Origin: Patescibacteria group bacterium
GTDB taxonomy: Bacteria > Patescibacteriota > Microgenomatia > UBA8517
DNA length: 64,000 nucleotides
NCBI GenBank assembly: GCA_038061225.1
Contig: JBBTZT010000005.1
Span: 19,646-83,645 of the forward strand
Direction of reading: 5' to 3'
Position 1 is the stretch's first letter; each line of letters opens with the position of its first letter. Shown here piece by piece: positions 7,833 through 20,891 of this stretch. The notes under the pieces were generated by a model, which saw only the letters and a list, made by a program, of their open reading frames with translations, was not told where the DNA came from and ran no database searches. Both the position numbers and the translations under genes were made by a program.

Positions 7833-9038
7833 TCAGAACTGACTCGTTAAATTGTAAATTGGAAGGATTATTGCAATAACTAAAAAGCCAACCCCTAACC
7901 CCAAAAGAACCATCACAATAGGCTCAATTGCTGCAGTTAGCGTTTTAACTTTTTGATCTGATTCAACTTCAAAAACATGACTTACTTTAGTTAAAACTTC
8001 TTCCATTTTTCCAGTTTCTTCACCAACAGCAATCATTTGAGAAAGAATAAATGGAAAAGCATCGGGGTGTTTTGCAAAAGCATAGGAGACAGGAAAACCT
8101 TTTTCAACTTGCAGAGAAACATCTTTTAAAGCATTACTTATCACAGCATTACTCATAACCTCTGATGTTATATTTAAACTTTCTAAAATTGATACTCCTG
8201 CACCAGACATTAGAGATAGTGTACTAGTTAGCTCAGTTAATAAAACTTGTTTTTGCAGTGGTCCAATAATTGGAATTTTAAATTGAAGTTCGTCTGTTTT
8301 TAATTTTCCTGCAATAGTTTTTCTATATGCTTTAAAACCATAAAATCCACCCACAAAAAAAGCAACTGTTACAGGCCAAAATTTAATAACAGCATCAGAT
8401 ATTCCCATTAATATTCTAGTTGGTAGTGGAAGTTCTGCATTAAATTCTGAATAAAGTGAGGTAAGCCTTGGAACAACAAAAATCATCATTAAAAAGGCAA
8501 CTATTACCATGCCGGTAACAATTATCATAGGATAAATCATGGCTCCTTTAACTTTTCCTTTAAATTCTTGTTGCTTTTCCATATCATCAGCAAGACGAAC
8601 TAAAACAGTATCCAAAACTCCACCAACTTCACCTGACTTGACTAAGGCAATGTAAGTTGGAGAAAAAACATTAGGATGTTTGATAAAAGCTTTTGAAACG
8701 GATTCTCCTCCTTCAATGTCAGCTAATATTTGGGAAACAACCTTACCCATTGACCCATTTGCTTGAGATTTTAAAATAATAAGTGACTCAGTAATTGGTA
8801 AACCAGCATTTACCATTGTTGCAAATTGACGGGTAAAAGTAACAACATCTGACGGGGTAATTCTATTTTTTAAATTTTTAATAAAAACAATTGGATTTTC
8901 AAAAACTTGTTTTATAGATAGTACTAAAAGTCCTTTTCCATGAACTAACCTTGCAGCATTAATTTCATCCACAGCTTCAACTTCTCCAGTTACCAATTTT
9001 CCAACTTTATTCTTTGCTTTGTAGTTGAATCGTTTCAT
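7833..9038 (-). CDS. pilC: Type IV pilus platform protein PilC (T2SS F family)
   Basis: FTRQFATMVNAGLP, GEVGGVLD, MIAVGEETG, IEP motifs; follows pilB-pilT. Confidence 0.95.
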   Translation of the reverse strand: MKRFNYKAKNKVGKLVTGEVEAVDEINAARLVHGKGLLVLSIKQVFENPIVFIKNLKNRITPSDVVTFTRQFATMVNAGLPITESLIILKSQANGSMGKVVSQILADIEGGESVSKAFIKHPNVFSPTYIALVKSGEVGGVLDTVLVRLADDMEKQQEFKGKVKGAMIYPMIIVTGMVIVAFLMMIFVVPRLTSLYSEFNAELPLPTRILMGISDAVIKFWPVTVAFFVGGFYGFKAYRKTIAGKLKTDELQFKIPIIGPLQKQVLLTELTSTLSLMSGAGVSILESLNITSEVMSNAVISNALKDVSLQVEKGFPVSYAFAKHPDAFPFILSQMIAVGEETGKMEEVLTKVSHVFEVESDQKVKTLTAAIEPIVMVLLGLGVGFLVIAIILPIYNLTSQF

Positions 9039-9042
9039 TTTC

Positions 9043-10104
9043 TTAGAGACTACCTTTGATTAATCTATTTAATTCATCAGGCCGTACTGTCCATTCTTGT
9101 GCAGTCTCAATAGTAATTTTATTTGTTTTAACAAGACTAGAAAGCGAATGTTCAAGCGTTGACATACCAGCCTCTAGCGAAGTTTGAATAATTGAATCAA
9201 TTTGGTGCGATTTACCTTCTCTAATTGCAGTTTTTATGGCTGTTGTTCCAAGCATTACTTCATGAGCAACGAGGCGTCCACCAGCGCTTGCTTTTATTAA
9301 TCTTTGGGAAAATACAGCCTCTAAGATCGATGATAGTTGTAATCTTATCTGGTTCTGTTGGTTTTCAGGAAAAACATCAACAATTCTATCAACTGTTTGG
9401 GAAGCAGAATTAGTATGCAGTGTCCCAAAAACTAAATGCCCTGTTTCTGCAATTGTCATTGCCGCTGAGATAGTCTCAAAGTCTCTCATTTCACCAACCA
9501 AGACAACATCAGGATCTTCGCGTAGGACTGATCTTAAAGCAACCTGCCATGAATGGGTATCAGATCTCATCTCACGCTGGGAAATGATTGATTTAATTGG
9601 TCTGAATACAAATTCTATTGGGTCTTCAATGGTCACAATATGAGATGCTCTGTTTTTATTTATTTCATTTATTATGGCAGCAAGTGTGGTTGATTTTCCA
9701 TGTCCAGTTGGCCCTGTAACAAGCACCAATCCTTGCCTTAAATCAGTAAAACTTTTGGCTATAGGAGGTAAACCTAACGAATCAATTTCTGGAATTTCCA
9801 AAGGAATCCTTCTAAATGAAGCCGCCATTGATCCTTTTTGGGTATAGGCATTCACTCTAAATCTTGCCTTTTCGCTAAATGATAATGAAAAATCAATTTC
9901 TTTATTTACGCTAAATCTTTCAAGTTGGTCTTTTGTTAATATTTGTTTTAATCCTTCATTTATAATATCGGGGGTTAAAATAGCATTGTCTGCAATTGAT
10001 TTTAAGTCGCCATCTAATCTAACCATAGGAGGAACACCCGCCACCAAATGCAAGTCGGATGCTTTTAAATCAATTGTTTGTTCCAGTAAGTTTTTTGCGT
10101 CCAT
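9043..10104 (-). CDS. pilT: Type IV pilus retraction ATPase PilT
   Basis: ASDLHL, GPTGHGKSTT, TIEDPIE, LREDPDVVLVGEMRD, AETGHLVFGTLHT, AIRE. Confidence 0.95.
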   Translation of the reverse strand: MDAKNLLEQTIDLKASDLHLVAGVPPMVRLDGDLKSIADNAILTPDIINEGLKQILTKDQLERFSVNKEIDFSLSFSEKARFRVNAYTQKGSMAASFRRIPLEIPEIDSLGLPPIAKSFTDLRQGLVLVTGPTGHGKSTTLAAIINEINKNRASHIVTIEDPIEFVFRPIKSIISQREMRSDTHSWQVALRSVLREDPDVVLVGEMRDFETISAAMTIAETGHLVFGTLHTNSASQTVDRIVDVFPENQQNQIRLQLSSILEAVFSQRLIKASAGGRLVAHEVMLGTTAIKTAIREGKSHQIDSIIQTSLEAGMSTLEHSLSSLVKTNKITIETAQEWTVRPDELNRLIKGSL

Positions 10105-10105
10105 C

Positions 10106-11821
10106 TTATTCTTGTGCTACACGCAATATTTCTTCAATCGTTGTTTCACCAGCTAAAACTTTCAAATAACCGTCCTGTTTTAATGTTATCATACCTTCTT
10201 CCTTTGCTTTAGTTTCAATTTCTGATGCAGGAGATCTTTCAAGAATCATTTTACCAATAGAATCGCTAACTGGCAAAACTTCAAAAATACCAATTCTCCC
10301 ATAATAGCCTGAATTGCCACAAGCCTGACAACCTTTACCTCTTGAGATTTTTGATAATGCGTCTTTTGGCCACAGCGGCCCGAGGACGCTTTTCATTTCT
10401 TCAATGACTTTTGGATCAAGTTCATAATTTTCTCTACAATCTTCATGAATTTTTCTGGCAACTCTTTGAGCCATAATTGCAGTCATTGAAGAAGTCAAAA
10501 GATAAGGCTCGGCTCCCATGTCAAGCATACGAGGCAAAGCTCCGGCAGCATTATTGGTATGAAGTGTAGAAAAAACCAAATGCCCGGTTAAAGATGCTTG
10601 TATGGCAAGATCTGCAGTTTCTTGATCTCTAATTTCTCCCACCAAGATAATATTTGGATCCTGTCTTAAAAATGATTTAAGTCCTGAAGCAAAAGTAAGA
10701 CCTACTGCGGGATTAATTTGAACTTGATTAACTCCAACCATTTTATATTCAATAGGATCTTCCAAAGTAACAATATTTACCTTAGGAGTATTTATTTTAC
10801 TTATGATTGAATAAAGAGTTGTAGTTTTACCTGACCCTGTTGGGCCACAAATCATAATAATTCCATGAGGCCGGAGTATTGCATCTTGTAAATTTTTTAA
10901 AGCTTTTCCACGAAGACCAAGAGTAGGAAGATCGGGGACACCGCCTGTTTTTTTAAGAAGACGCATAACAATCTTTTCACCCCACGTTGTAGGAAGTGAA
11001 GAAACACGAAGGTCAGTGTCTTCACCTGCCGCTTTAAAATTAAATCTACCATCTTGAGGAATTCTTTTTTCATCAATTTTCATTCCCGAGAGAATCTTTA
11101 TTCTAGAAGTTAATGATTCATGCAATTCTTTTGGAATAGTTAATTTTTCAACTAAAATTCCATCTATTCTATATCTAACCCTGGTGGACCTTTCTTCTGG
11201 TTCAATATGAATGTCACTAGACCTTGATTTTACTGCAAATTCTAAAATATGAGATACTATTTCTGAAATTTTTTCTTCTTTAATAAAACCAATTTTTAAA
11301 TTATCTTTGATATTTGATTTTTTCTCAGGTGCAACATCTTTTAGGGCTTCTGTAACTTCTTGAGAAAGTGATGTCTGATATCTTGTTGTTATAACATCCC
11401 CCAATTTATCTTCTTCAACAGCTACAGGTTTAACTCTAAGGCCTGTTTTTCTTTCTACAAACTCAATAGCAGTTAAATCAAGCGGGTCTGCCATGGCAAG
11501 GGTAATTGTTTTTGCAAGTTTATCTATTGCAAGTGGAAAAATATTAAACTTAGAAGAAATGTCTTGCGCTAAAACAGACATGGCTTCAGGAGATGATGGG
11601 GAAGTAGCGAGGTCTGCATAAGGAATGTTATAAAGTGTTGCTTTGGCGCGAACGAGATCTGAATTTGAGACTAAATTTTGTTTTTTAATAATTTCTTCTT
11701 GAGTGGTGCCATACTGCACCTCAGCCATTTTAATCTGTTTGGCACGTTCTTCAGTTAAAGCACCCATCGAAATTAAAATATCTGAAAGACTATTTCCTGT
11801 AGCAATGGCAGTATTGGGCAT
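10106..11821 (-). CDS. pilB: Type IV pilus assembly ATPase PilB (GspE family)
   Basis: SDIHIEP, PQDGR, GPTGSGKTTT, LRQDPNIILVGEIRD, GCQAC, GRIGIFE. Confidence 0.95.
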   Translation of the reverse strand: MPNTAIATGNSLSDILISMGALTEERAKQIKMAEVQYGTTQEEIIKKQNLVSNSDLVRAKATLYNIPYADLATSPSSPEAMSVLAQDISSKFNIFPLAIDKLAKTITLAMADPLDLTAIEFVERKTGLRVKPVAVEEDKLGDVITTRYQTSLSQEVTEALKDVAPEKKSNIKDNLKIGFIKEEKISEIVSHILEFAVKSRSSDIHIEPEERSTRVRYRIDGILVEKLTIPKELHESLTSRIKILSGMKIDEKRIPQDGRFNFKAAGEDTDLRVSSLPTTWGEKIVMRLLKKTGGVPDLPTLGLRGKALKNLQDAILRPHGIIMICGPTGSGKTTTLYSIISKINTPKVNIVTLEDPIEYKMVGVNQVQINPAVGLTFASGLKSFLRQDPNIILVGEIRDQETADLAIQASLTGHLVFSTLHTNNAAGALPRMLDMGAEPYLLTSSMTAIMAQRVARKIHEDCRENYELDPKVIEEMKSVLGPLWPKDALSKISRGKGCQACGNSGYYGRIGIFEVLPVSDSIGKMILERSPASEIETKAKEEGMITLKQDGYLKVLAGETTIEEILRVAQE

Positions 11822-11851
11822 GCATTAATGATATCATATGTTTATATAAAT

Positions 11852-12390
11852 ATGCATGCGTTTTTGTTAATTAATACAAATCCAAAAGAATTTGCCACAA
11901 AACAAAAGGCAAAACAGATTCCGTTTAGATTACAAAAAATTGATGATGTTAGAGAACTTAAAAAATTTGTTAAGTTTAGCTTCGCTCTAAAAACTGCAAT
12001 TATCATTGAAGATATTGATAAAGCTACAGTAGAAACACAAAATGCTTTTCTTAAAAATTTAGAAGAACCAAACAAGAATTTGATTTATGTATTAACAGTT
12101 AGCAATTTGGAGAATGTATTACCAACAATAGTATCTCGATGCCAAGTAATTAAGATCCAAGATCTAAGATATAAGATGTATGACAAAAACGCAAACTACA
12201 AGGATGCGTTGAATATTAAAGATAGGGGAGAGGCGATTAAATTTGTTGAAAATCTAATATATATAGATCATGAAAAAAATATTTTTCAAAATCAAGAAAA
12301 TTATTTACAGTCTCTGAAAAATTTAAAAGCAAATGGTAATGTCTCGTTGCAGTTACTAAATTTAGTTGTTAAAATGAACAGCCAGAGATA

Positions 12391-12391
<1 letters not shown>
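11852..12391 (+). CDS. holB: Reduced DNA polymerase III delta-prime-like subunit
   Basis: IDDVREL, QNAFLKNLEEP, LPTIVSRC clamp-loader motifs; ATG 11852 preferred over 11828. Confidence 0.75.
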
Positions 12392-14416
<2,025 letters not shown>

Positions 14417-14470
14417 GACTTGGAATATGTTAGAAAATTGATATAATCACTTTATTATAAATTTAACTTT

Positions 14471-16483
14471 ATGAATTATTTAATTTTTTCAGTGGCATGT
14501 GCAGTAATTGCTGTTTTATATTCAGCATATTTAACATATAAAATATTGCAGCTTCCTAAAGGAACTCCTGACATGATAGAAATTGCAGATGCAATTGCAG
14601 AAGGAGCATCAGCCTACTTAAAAAGACAATATACTGTCATTGGTTTTATATCACTCGCAATATTCGTATTAATGTGGCTTACATTAGGTTCACTTTCAGC
14701 TATTTCCTTTTTAATCGGAGCATTATTATCAGCAATTGCTGGTTTTGTCGGAATGAATGTAGCAGTTAGAACCAATGTTAGATGCGCAAAAGCTGCACAA
14801 AAGGGGATAGGTCCAGCTTTAACCACAGCTTTTTCAGGTGGATCTGTAACAGGACTCATGGTTGCAGGTCTTGCTCTTTTAGCTGTAGCAGGAACGTACC
14901 TTTTGTTAACACTTTTAAATCAAACTGCAAATTTAACTCCCTTAATTGCTCTAGGTTTTGGTGGTTCATTAATTTCAGTTTTTGCAAGGCTTGGCGGTGG
15001 AATTTATACTAAAGGAGCTGATGTTGGGACAGATATGGTCGGAAAGATTGAGGCGGGAATCCCTGAAGACGATCCAAGAAATCCAGGAGTTATTGCTGAT
15101 TTAGTAGGAGATAATGTAGGAGATGATGCTGGTATGGCAGCTGATCTTTTTGAAACATATGTTGTTACAGCAGTTGCCTCAATGTTACTAGGCTCATCAA
15201 TATTTAGTGGTAATCCAAGCGCTTTTTATTTCCCATTAGCAATTGGTGCTAGCGCAATTTTTGCCTCAATTATTGGAACTTTATTTGTAAAAGTTGGAAA
15301 AGATAAGGCTATCATGAAAGCTTTATATAAAGGTCTTGCTGCAGCTTCAATTGTTTCAATTGTGTCTTTTTGGTATATTACCAAAATCTTCATGTCTGGA
15401 AACGGTTATTTTTCAAACCTAAATCTTTATCTTTCTACTTTAATTGGGATTGCTGTTACTATTGGTATGGTATTAATTACAGAGTACTTTACTTCTAAAA
15501 GTTTTGGACCAGTTAAATATATCTCAGAGGCTTCAACTACAGGACATGGAACAAACATCATAGCCGGTTTGGCTATATCAATGAAATCTACATTTCCCCC
15601 TATCATTTTAATTTCTCTTGCAATATTGGGGTCTTTTTCATTGGCAGGTCTTTATGGTATAGCTCTTGCCGCCATGGCTATGCTTTCTTTAACAGGAATT
15701 GTGGTTGCAATAGATGCATTTGGGCCAATTACTGACAATGCTGGTGGGATTGCTGAAATGACAAACCAGCCAGAAAAAGTTAGAAATGTTACAGATGCCT
15801 TAGATGCAGTCGGAAACACCACAAAAGCTGTTACAAAAGGCTACGCAATTGGTTCTGCAGGTCTTGCAGCTTTAGTCCTTTTTGCAAGTTTTATTGATGA
15901 ATTGGCTAAATCTGGAATAGGGGTTGGTAATTTTTCACTTTCTGATCCTAGGGTTTTAATTGGCCTATTTATTGGTGGTTCTATTCCTTATATGTTTGGA
16001 GCTCTGGCAATGGAAGCTGTTGGAAAAGCTGCTAAATCTATTGTTGAAGAAATTAGAAGACAATTTAAAGAAATACCTGGAATTATGACTAGAAAGGCAA
16101 AACCAGAATATGGTAAGGCTGTTGATATTGTAACCAAATCTGCACTTAAAGAGATGGTTGTTCCCGCACTTTTACCAGTAGTTTCTCCAATCTTAGTAGG
16201 ATTCTTGCTAGGCGCACAAGCTTTAGGTGGTTTACTAGTTGGAACTATTATTACTGGACTTTTTGTTGGTATTTCAATGACTACAGGTGGAGCTGCTTGG
16301 GATAATGCAAAAAAATATATTGAGGCTGGTAATTTTGGAGGTAAAGGAAGTGAAGCTCATAAAGCTGCGGTAACAGGAGATACTGTAGGGGATCCTTATA
16401 AAGATACAGCAGGGCCTGCAATTAATCCAATGATTAAAATAATAAACATTGTTGCTCTTCTGATTGCTCCATTTTTGGTTTAA
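14471..16483 (+). CDS. hppA: Membrane-bound pyrophosphatase, predicted K+-independent H+-PPase
   Basis: [32 protein letters not shown] (Lys variant), [14 protein letters not shown]. Confidence 0.93.
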   Translation: MNYLIFSVACAVIAVLYSAYLTYKILQLPKGTPDMIEIADAIAEGASAYLKRQYTVIGFISLAIFVLMWLTLGSLSAISFLIGALLSAIAGFVGMNVAVRTNVRCAKAAQKGIGPALTTAFSGGSVTGLMVAGLALLAVAGTYLLLTLLNQTANLTPLIALGFGGSLISVFARLGGGIYTKGADVGTDMVGKIEAGIPEDDPRNPGVIADLVGDNVGDDAGMAADLFETYVVTAVASMLLGSSIFSGNPSAFYFPLAIGASAIFASIIGTLFVKVGKDKAIMKALYKGLAAASIVSIVSFWYITKIFMSGNGYFSNLNLYLSTLIGIAVTIGMVLITEYFTSKSFGPVKYISEASTTGHGTNIIAGLAISMKSTFPPIILISLAILGSFSLAGLYGIALAAMAMLSLTGIVVAIDAFGPITDNAGGIAEMTNQPEKVRNVTDALDAVGNTTKAVTKGYAIGSAGLAALVLFASFIDELAKSGIGVGNFSLSDPRVLIGLFIGGSIPYMFGALAMEAVGKAAKSIVEEIRRQFKEIPGIMTRKAKPEYGKAVDIVTKSALKEMVVPALLPVVSPILVGFLLGAQALGGLLVGTIITGLFVGISMTTGGAAWDNAKKYIEAGNFGGKGSEAHKAAVTGDTVGDPYKDTAGPAINPMIKIINIVALLIAPFLV

Positions 16484-17057
16484 TTTCAGAATAGCTAAAA
16501 TCTACATCAATTGTTTTTGTATCATTCCAAAAATCTTTAAAGTGAAGCTTTTTATTTTTTAGGCCATAGTCATAAATTTCTTTAGTCAACCTAACGTCTT
16601 CCTCACAATAAAATTTGAGTTTCTTTAGCGACTCTTTATCTCTCTTTTGCCAATAAATAATTGCATTTGCCGGATCATCAGCTTTATTACTACCCAATGT
16701 CTCCTTGGCGATTGCATTTAAAGAAACTCTTTTACCGTTAATTTCCTTTACATGTTCCAATATGTCAAGATGGGGGAGTTTGGTAATTTCTATAGGTAAA
16801 TATGTTTTTAGAGCAGGAAGATCAAATTTTTTGGAATTAAAACCAATAATTCTATCTGCATTTTTAAAGTATTGCCAAGATTTAGAAACTTCATCCTCAA
16901 AAAAAGAAACCATTTCTCCCTTAATCTCTTTAAAATCTTTATCTAAGGTACGAACATAAAGTGAAAGAACAGACACACCAAGGTTAGAAGGGTCAAAACC
17001 TTCAATTTCATCAAAAAACTTTTGTGTCTCAAGGTCAAAAATTACTTCTGTATACAT
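16434..17057 (-). CDS. RNase H-like 3'-5' exonuclease domain protein (YprB/RNase_H_2-like)
   Basis: [22 protein letters not shown] acidic motifs. Confidence 0.75.
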   Translation of the reverse strand: MYTEVIFDLETQKFFDEIEGFDPSNLGVSVLSLYVRTLDKDFKEIKGEMVSFFEDEVSKSWQYFKNADRIIGFNSKKFDLPALKTYLPIEITKLPHLDILEHVKEINGKRVSLNAIAKETLGSNKADDPANAIIYWQKRDKESLKKLKFYCEEDVRLTKEIYDYGLKNKKLHFKDFWNDTKTIDVDFSYSEIKPKMEQSEEQQCLLF

Positions 17058-17089
17058 TTGTAAAATGTATTATATACTACCCTTATTAT

Positions 17090-18208
17090 ATGGACTCAAT
17101 TGCATACCATAAAAAATACAAGGGTAAAATTGGTACTGAGTTAAAATCTCCAATTAATAATAAGGATGATTTATCTCTTGCCTACACTCCAGGTGTAGCC
17201 AAAGTCAGTCTAGAACTTTTTAAAAACAATAAATTGGCATCTATTTTGTCTCTTAAATCAAATACAATAGCTATAGTTTCGGATGGATCAGCGGTTTTAG
17301 GACTTGGTAATATTGGTGCATATGGAGCGATTCCCGTTATGGAAGGAAAAGCAGCACTTTTTAAAAAGTTTGCTAATGTTGATGCTTTTCCAATTTGTCT
17401 TGATACCCAAAATAACGAGGAGATTATTAAATTGGTTAAAAATATAGCTCCTGTCTTTGGAGGAATAAATTTAGAGGATATAAAGGCACCAAGATGTTTT
17501 GAGATAGAAAGAAGATTGATTAAAGAATTAGATATCCCAGTAATGCATGATGACCAGCACGGAACTGCGGTTGTAGTACTAGCTGCATTAATTAACGCTT
17601 TAAAAGTAGCTAAAAAAGATAAAACAGTTAAAATTGCCATAAACGGAGCAGGAGCAGCTGGGACAGCAGTTTCTTATTTACTTTTAGAATATGGATTTAA
17701 AAATATTGTGATTTGTGATTCTATGGGAGCTATCTCAAATAAAAGAAAGGATTTGAGTGATGAAAAAATACGATTAGCTAAAATTACAAATAAAAATAAT
17801 GAAATTGGTGATATCCACAAAATAATTAAAAACAAAGATGTTTTTATTGGTGTTAGTAAGGGTAATTTGGTAAATGTAGAAGATATAAAGAATATGAATC
17901 CTAAAGCAATAGTATTTGCCATGGCAAACCCGACACCTGAGATAATGCCAGACGAGGCAAAACTAGGTGGGGCAATGATTGTTGCAACAGGAAGAAGTGA
18001 TTTTGATAATCAGATAAATAATGTTCTAGCTTTTCCTGGAATTTTTAGGGGGGCGCTAGACAATAAAGTAAAAAAGATAACCAACAAAATGTTAATATCT
18101 GCAGCAGTAAATTTAGCTAGATTAATAAAATTTCCAACTCCCGAAAAGATAATTCCAAGTCCATTTAACAAGAGTGTTGTCAAAGCAGTTTCTTCAAGCA
18201 TTAGATAG
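17090..18208 (+). CDS. NAD(P)-dependent malic enzyme
   Basis: LAYTPGVA, DGSAVLGLGNIG, NLEDIKAP, HDDQHGTA, GAGAAG, NQINNVLAFPG; ATG 17090 preferred. Confidence 0.93.
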   Translation: MDSIAYHKKYKGKIGTELKSPINNKDDLSLAYTPGVAKVSLELFKNNKLASILSLKSNTIAIVSDGSAVLGLGNIGAYGAIPVMEGKAALFKKFANVDAFPICLDTQNNEEIIKLVKNIAPVFGGINLEDIKAPRCFEIERRLIKELDIPVMHDDQHGTAVVVLAALINALKVAKKDKTVKIAINGAGAAGTAVSYLLLEYGFKNIVICDSMGAISNKRKDLSDEKIRLAKITNKNNEIGDIHKIIKNKDVFIGVSKGNLVNVEDIKNMNPKAIVFAMANPTPEIMPDEAKLGGAMIVATGRSDFDNQINNVLAFPGIFRGALDNKVKKITNKMLISAAVNLARLIKFPTPEKIIPSPFNKSVVKAVSSSIR

Positions 18209-18231
18209 ATATAAGATTAAAACATTTCCCC

Positions 18232-18260
18232 TTGCTTCAAGTAATTAAACAAGCTAAAAT
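18232..18260 (+). promoter_or_regulatory. Sigma70 promoter of gyrA (near-leaderless)
   Basis: TTGCTT-17 nt-TAAAAT ending 8 nt before the ATG. Confidence 0.55.
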
Positions 18261-18268
18261 TACTAGGC

Positions 18269-20887
18269 ATGGAAATTGGTAAAATTAAACAAATTGAAAT
18301 AACTTCAGAATTATCTAAATCATATGTTGATTATGCTATGAGTGTCATTGTTGCTCGTGCTCTTCCTGACGTCCGTGATGGTTTAAAACCAGTACATAGA
18401 AGAATACTTTACGCCATGGCCCAAATGGGTCTAAAACATACTGGTCCTTTTTCTAAATCTGCAAAAGTTGTTGGAGAAGTTTTGGGTAAATATCATCCCC
18501 ATGGCGACACAGCTGTATATGACACGGCAGTAAGAATGGTGCAAGACTTTTCACTTCGCTATCCACTACTTAAAGGTCAAGGAAATTTTGGCTCAGTCGA
18601 TGGAGATTCTGCTGCAGCCATGAGGTATAGTGAAATGAAGTTGTCTGCAATTTCAGAATACATCTTGGCTGACATGGAAAAGGATACAGTTGATTATATT
18701 GATAATTTTGATGCAACTTTGAAAGAACCTACTTTTTTACCTGCTCTACTTCCTAACTTGCTTCTTATGGGTTCTGAAGGTATTGCTGTTGGAATGGCTA
18801 CTAAAATTCCGCCACACAATTTAACTGAAGTAGTTAATGCAATTCTTGATATAATTAAAAAAGGAAGAGTTACAATAGAAAATGAAGAAATTCATGCAAC
18901 TGAAAATGATTTTGTAATCAAAAAGATAAATTTAATTGCAGCAGGTGAAGCAAAATCGTTTACACAAGATGAAGTCGATCCAAAAAGTATTTCTTTTGAA
19001 ACCGACGCCACAATTGATGAAATAACAGATATTCTTCCAGGTCCCGATTTTCCAACAGGTGGAGCAATTTATGATGCAAATTCTCTAAAAGAGGTGTATG
19101 CAACAGGCAGGGGAAGAATAGTAGTTCGTGGTATTGCAGAAATTATAAGCGGTGAAAAACGGTCCCAGATTATAATTTCTGAGATTCCATATCAAGTAAA
19201 TAAGGCTGAGATGGTTGCAAAAATTGCAGAACTTGTAAAAGATAAAAAATTAATAGGAATTGCAGATTTAAGAGATGAATCTGATAAAGATGGTATGAGA
19301 GTTGCTATTGATCTTAAAAAAGATGCTAAACCAAAATCTGTTTTAAATAATATCTATAAACATACAAGGCTACAAACCACATTTCCTGCCAACTTTGTTG
19401 CTCTTGTTGATGGAACACCTCATACTTTAAATTTAAAACAAATATTAGTTGAATACATTAAACACAGACAAAAAGTAGTCGTTAGAAGAACAATTTTTGA
19501 ACTAACTGAAGCAAAAAGAAGAGCTCATATATTAGAAGGTTTAAAGATAGCACTTGATAATTTAGATGCAGTAATTAAAACAATTAGAGAAAGTAAAACC
19601 CAAGAAGAAGCAAAAACAAATTTGATAACAAGATTTAAGTTATCGGAAATTCAAGCAACAGCAATACTTGATATGCAACTTAGACGCTTGGCTGCTTTGG
19701 AAAGAGAAAAAATTGAAAATGAATATGAAGATTTGAAAAAATTGATTGATGAATTGGTTGCAATATTAAAAGATCCTGCAAGGATTTTAACAATAATAAA
19801 TACTGAACTGACTGAACTTAAAGCAAAATTTGGAGATAGTCGAAAAACAAAGATCTATAAAAGTAAAATCGGGGAGTTTTCTGAAGAAGATTTAGTAGCC
19901 AAAGAAGATTGTTTGGTAACAGTCACAAAAACAGGTTATATCAAGAGAGTTCCAAAAAACACTTATAAAGCACAAAGAAGGGGTGGTAAAGGGGTAATCG
20001 GGATGACCACCAAAGAAGAAGATGAAATTGATCATTTGGTAACTGCTTCAACTCATGATCAAATACTATTCTTTACCAACAAAGGTCGTGTTTTTGGTAC
20101 AAAAGTATATGAAATACCTGAGTCCTCTCGTCAAGCAAAAGGACAGGCATTAGTTAACTTTCTAAATCTTGAAAGTGGTGAAGTCATCAAATCAATTTTG
20201 CCAATGGATAAAACATTAGGAGCAAAACACTTAGTACTTGCCACTGCTTCAGGAGTTATTAAAAAAACTGAATTAAAGCATTATGAAAATTTACGCGCAA
20301 ATGGTTTAATTGCAATTAAACTTCATGGCAACGACAGTTTGATATCAGCTCACTTAACCTATGGGTCAGATAACATCATGCTTTTAACTAAAAAGGGTAT
20401 GTCTATTAGATTTCCAGAGGGAAATGTTAGACCTATGGGTAGAGCAACAACTGGTGTAACTGGTGTAAAAATTGATAAGGGAGATAGTGTAATTGGAATG
20501 GAAGTTTTTCCAGAAAAATTAGAAAAAATGATTGACAAAAGAAAAAAGATCTTTAGAGATATTTTAACAATTTCAATTCATGGACTAGGAAAAAGGACTC
20601 GTTTCGACCTTTTTCCTATCCAAAAAAGGGCAGGTAAAGGACTTAAAGCTTGTGTAGTTTCAGAAAAAACTGGTGAACTTGCTTGTGCAGCCATGGTAAC
20701 CGAAAAATCAGACCAATTAGTAATAACTTCTAAAAAAGGGCAAGTGATAAAACTACCTGTTAAAAACATTCCACAGTTAGGCAGGGCAACACAAGGAGTT
20801 ATTATTATGAGATTTGCAAATAAAGGAGATTCTATTGCTGCAGCCACTATAATTGACAAAACAGGGGAAGAGGAAGAAGTGGTTTAA
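18269..20887 (+). CDS. gyrA: DNA gyrase subunit A
   Basis: DYAMSVIVARALPDVRDGLKPVHRR, HPHGD, AAMRY catalytic Tyr, GyrA-box QRRGGKG. Confidence 0.97.
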   Translation: MEIGKIKQIEITSELSKSYVDYAMSVIVARALPDVRDGLKPVHRRILYAMAQMGLKHTGPFSKSAKVVGEVLGKYHPHGDTAVYDTAVRMVQDFSLRYPLLKGQGNFGSVDGDSAAAMRYSEMKLSAISEYILADMEKDTVDYIDNFDATLKEPTFLPALLPNLLLMGSEGIAVGMATKIPPHNLTEVVNAILDIIKKGRVTIENEEIHATENDFVIKKINLIAAGEAKSFTQDEVDPKSISFETDATIDEITDILPGPDFPTGGAIYDANSLKEVYATGRGRIVVRGIAEIISGEKRSQIIISEIPYQVNKAEMVAKIAELVKDKKLIGIADLRDESDKDGMRVAIDLKKDAKPKSVLNNIYKHTRLQTTFPANFVALVDGTPHTLNLKQILVEYIKHRQKVVVRRTIFELTEAKRRAHILEGLKIALDNLDAVIKTIRESKTQEEAKTNLITRFKLSEIQATAILDMQLRRLAALEREKIENEYEDLKKLIDELVAILKDPARILTIINTELTELKAKFGDSRKTKIYKSKIGEFSEEDLVAKEDCLVTVTKTGYIKRVPKNTYKAQRRGGKGVIGMTTKEEDEIDHLVTASTHDQILFFTNKGRVFGTKVYEIPESSRQAKGQALVNFLNLESGEVIKSILPMDKTLGAKHLVLATASGVIKKTELKHYENLRANGLIAIKLHGNDSLISAHLTYGSDNIMLLTKKGMSIRFPEGNVRPMGRATTGVTGVKIDKGDSVIGMEVFPEKLEKMIDKRKKIFRDILTISIHGLGKRTRFDLFPIQKRAGKGLKACVVSEKTGELACAAMVTEKSDQLVITSKKGQVIKLPVKNIPQLGRATQGVIIMRFANKGDSIAAATIIDKTGEEEEVV

Positions 20888-20891
20888 ATCT

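Noticed and set aside
18857-19006. Intein in GyrA (also checked DnaB)
   Set aside because: The insert is too short and lacks the N-terminal Cys/Ser and His-Asn end; DnaB is normal length.
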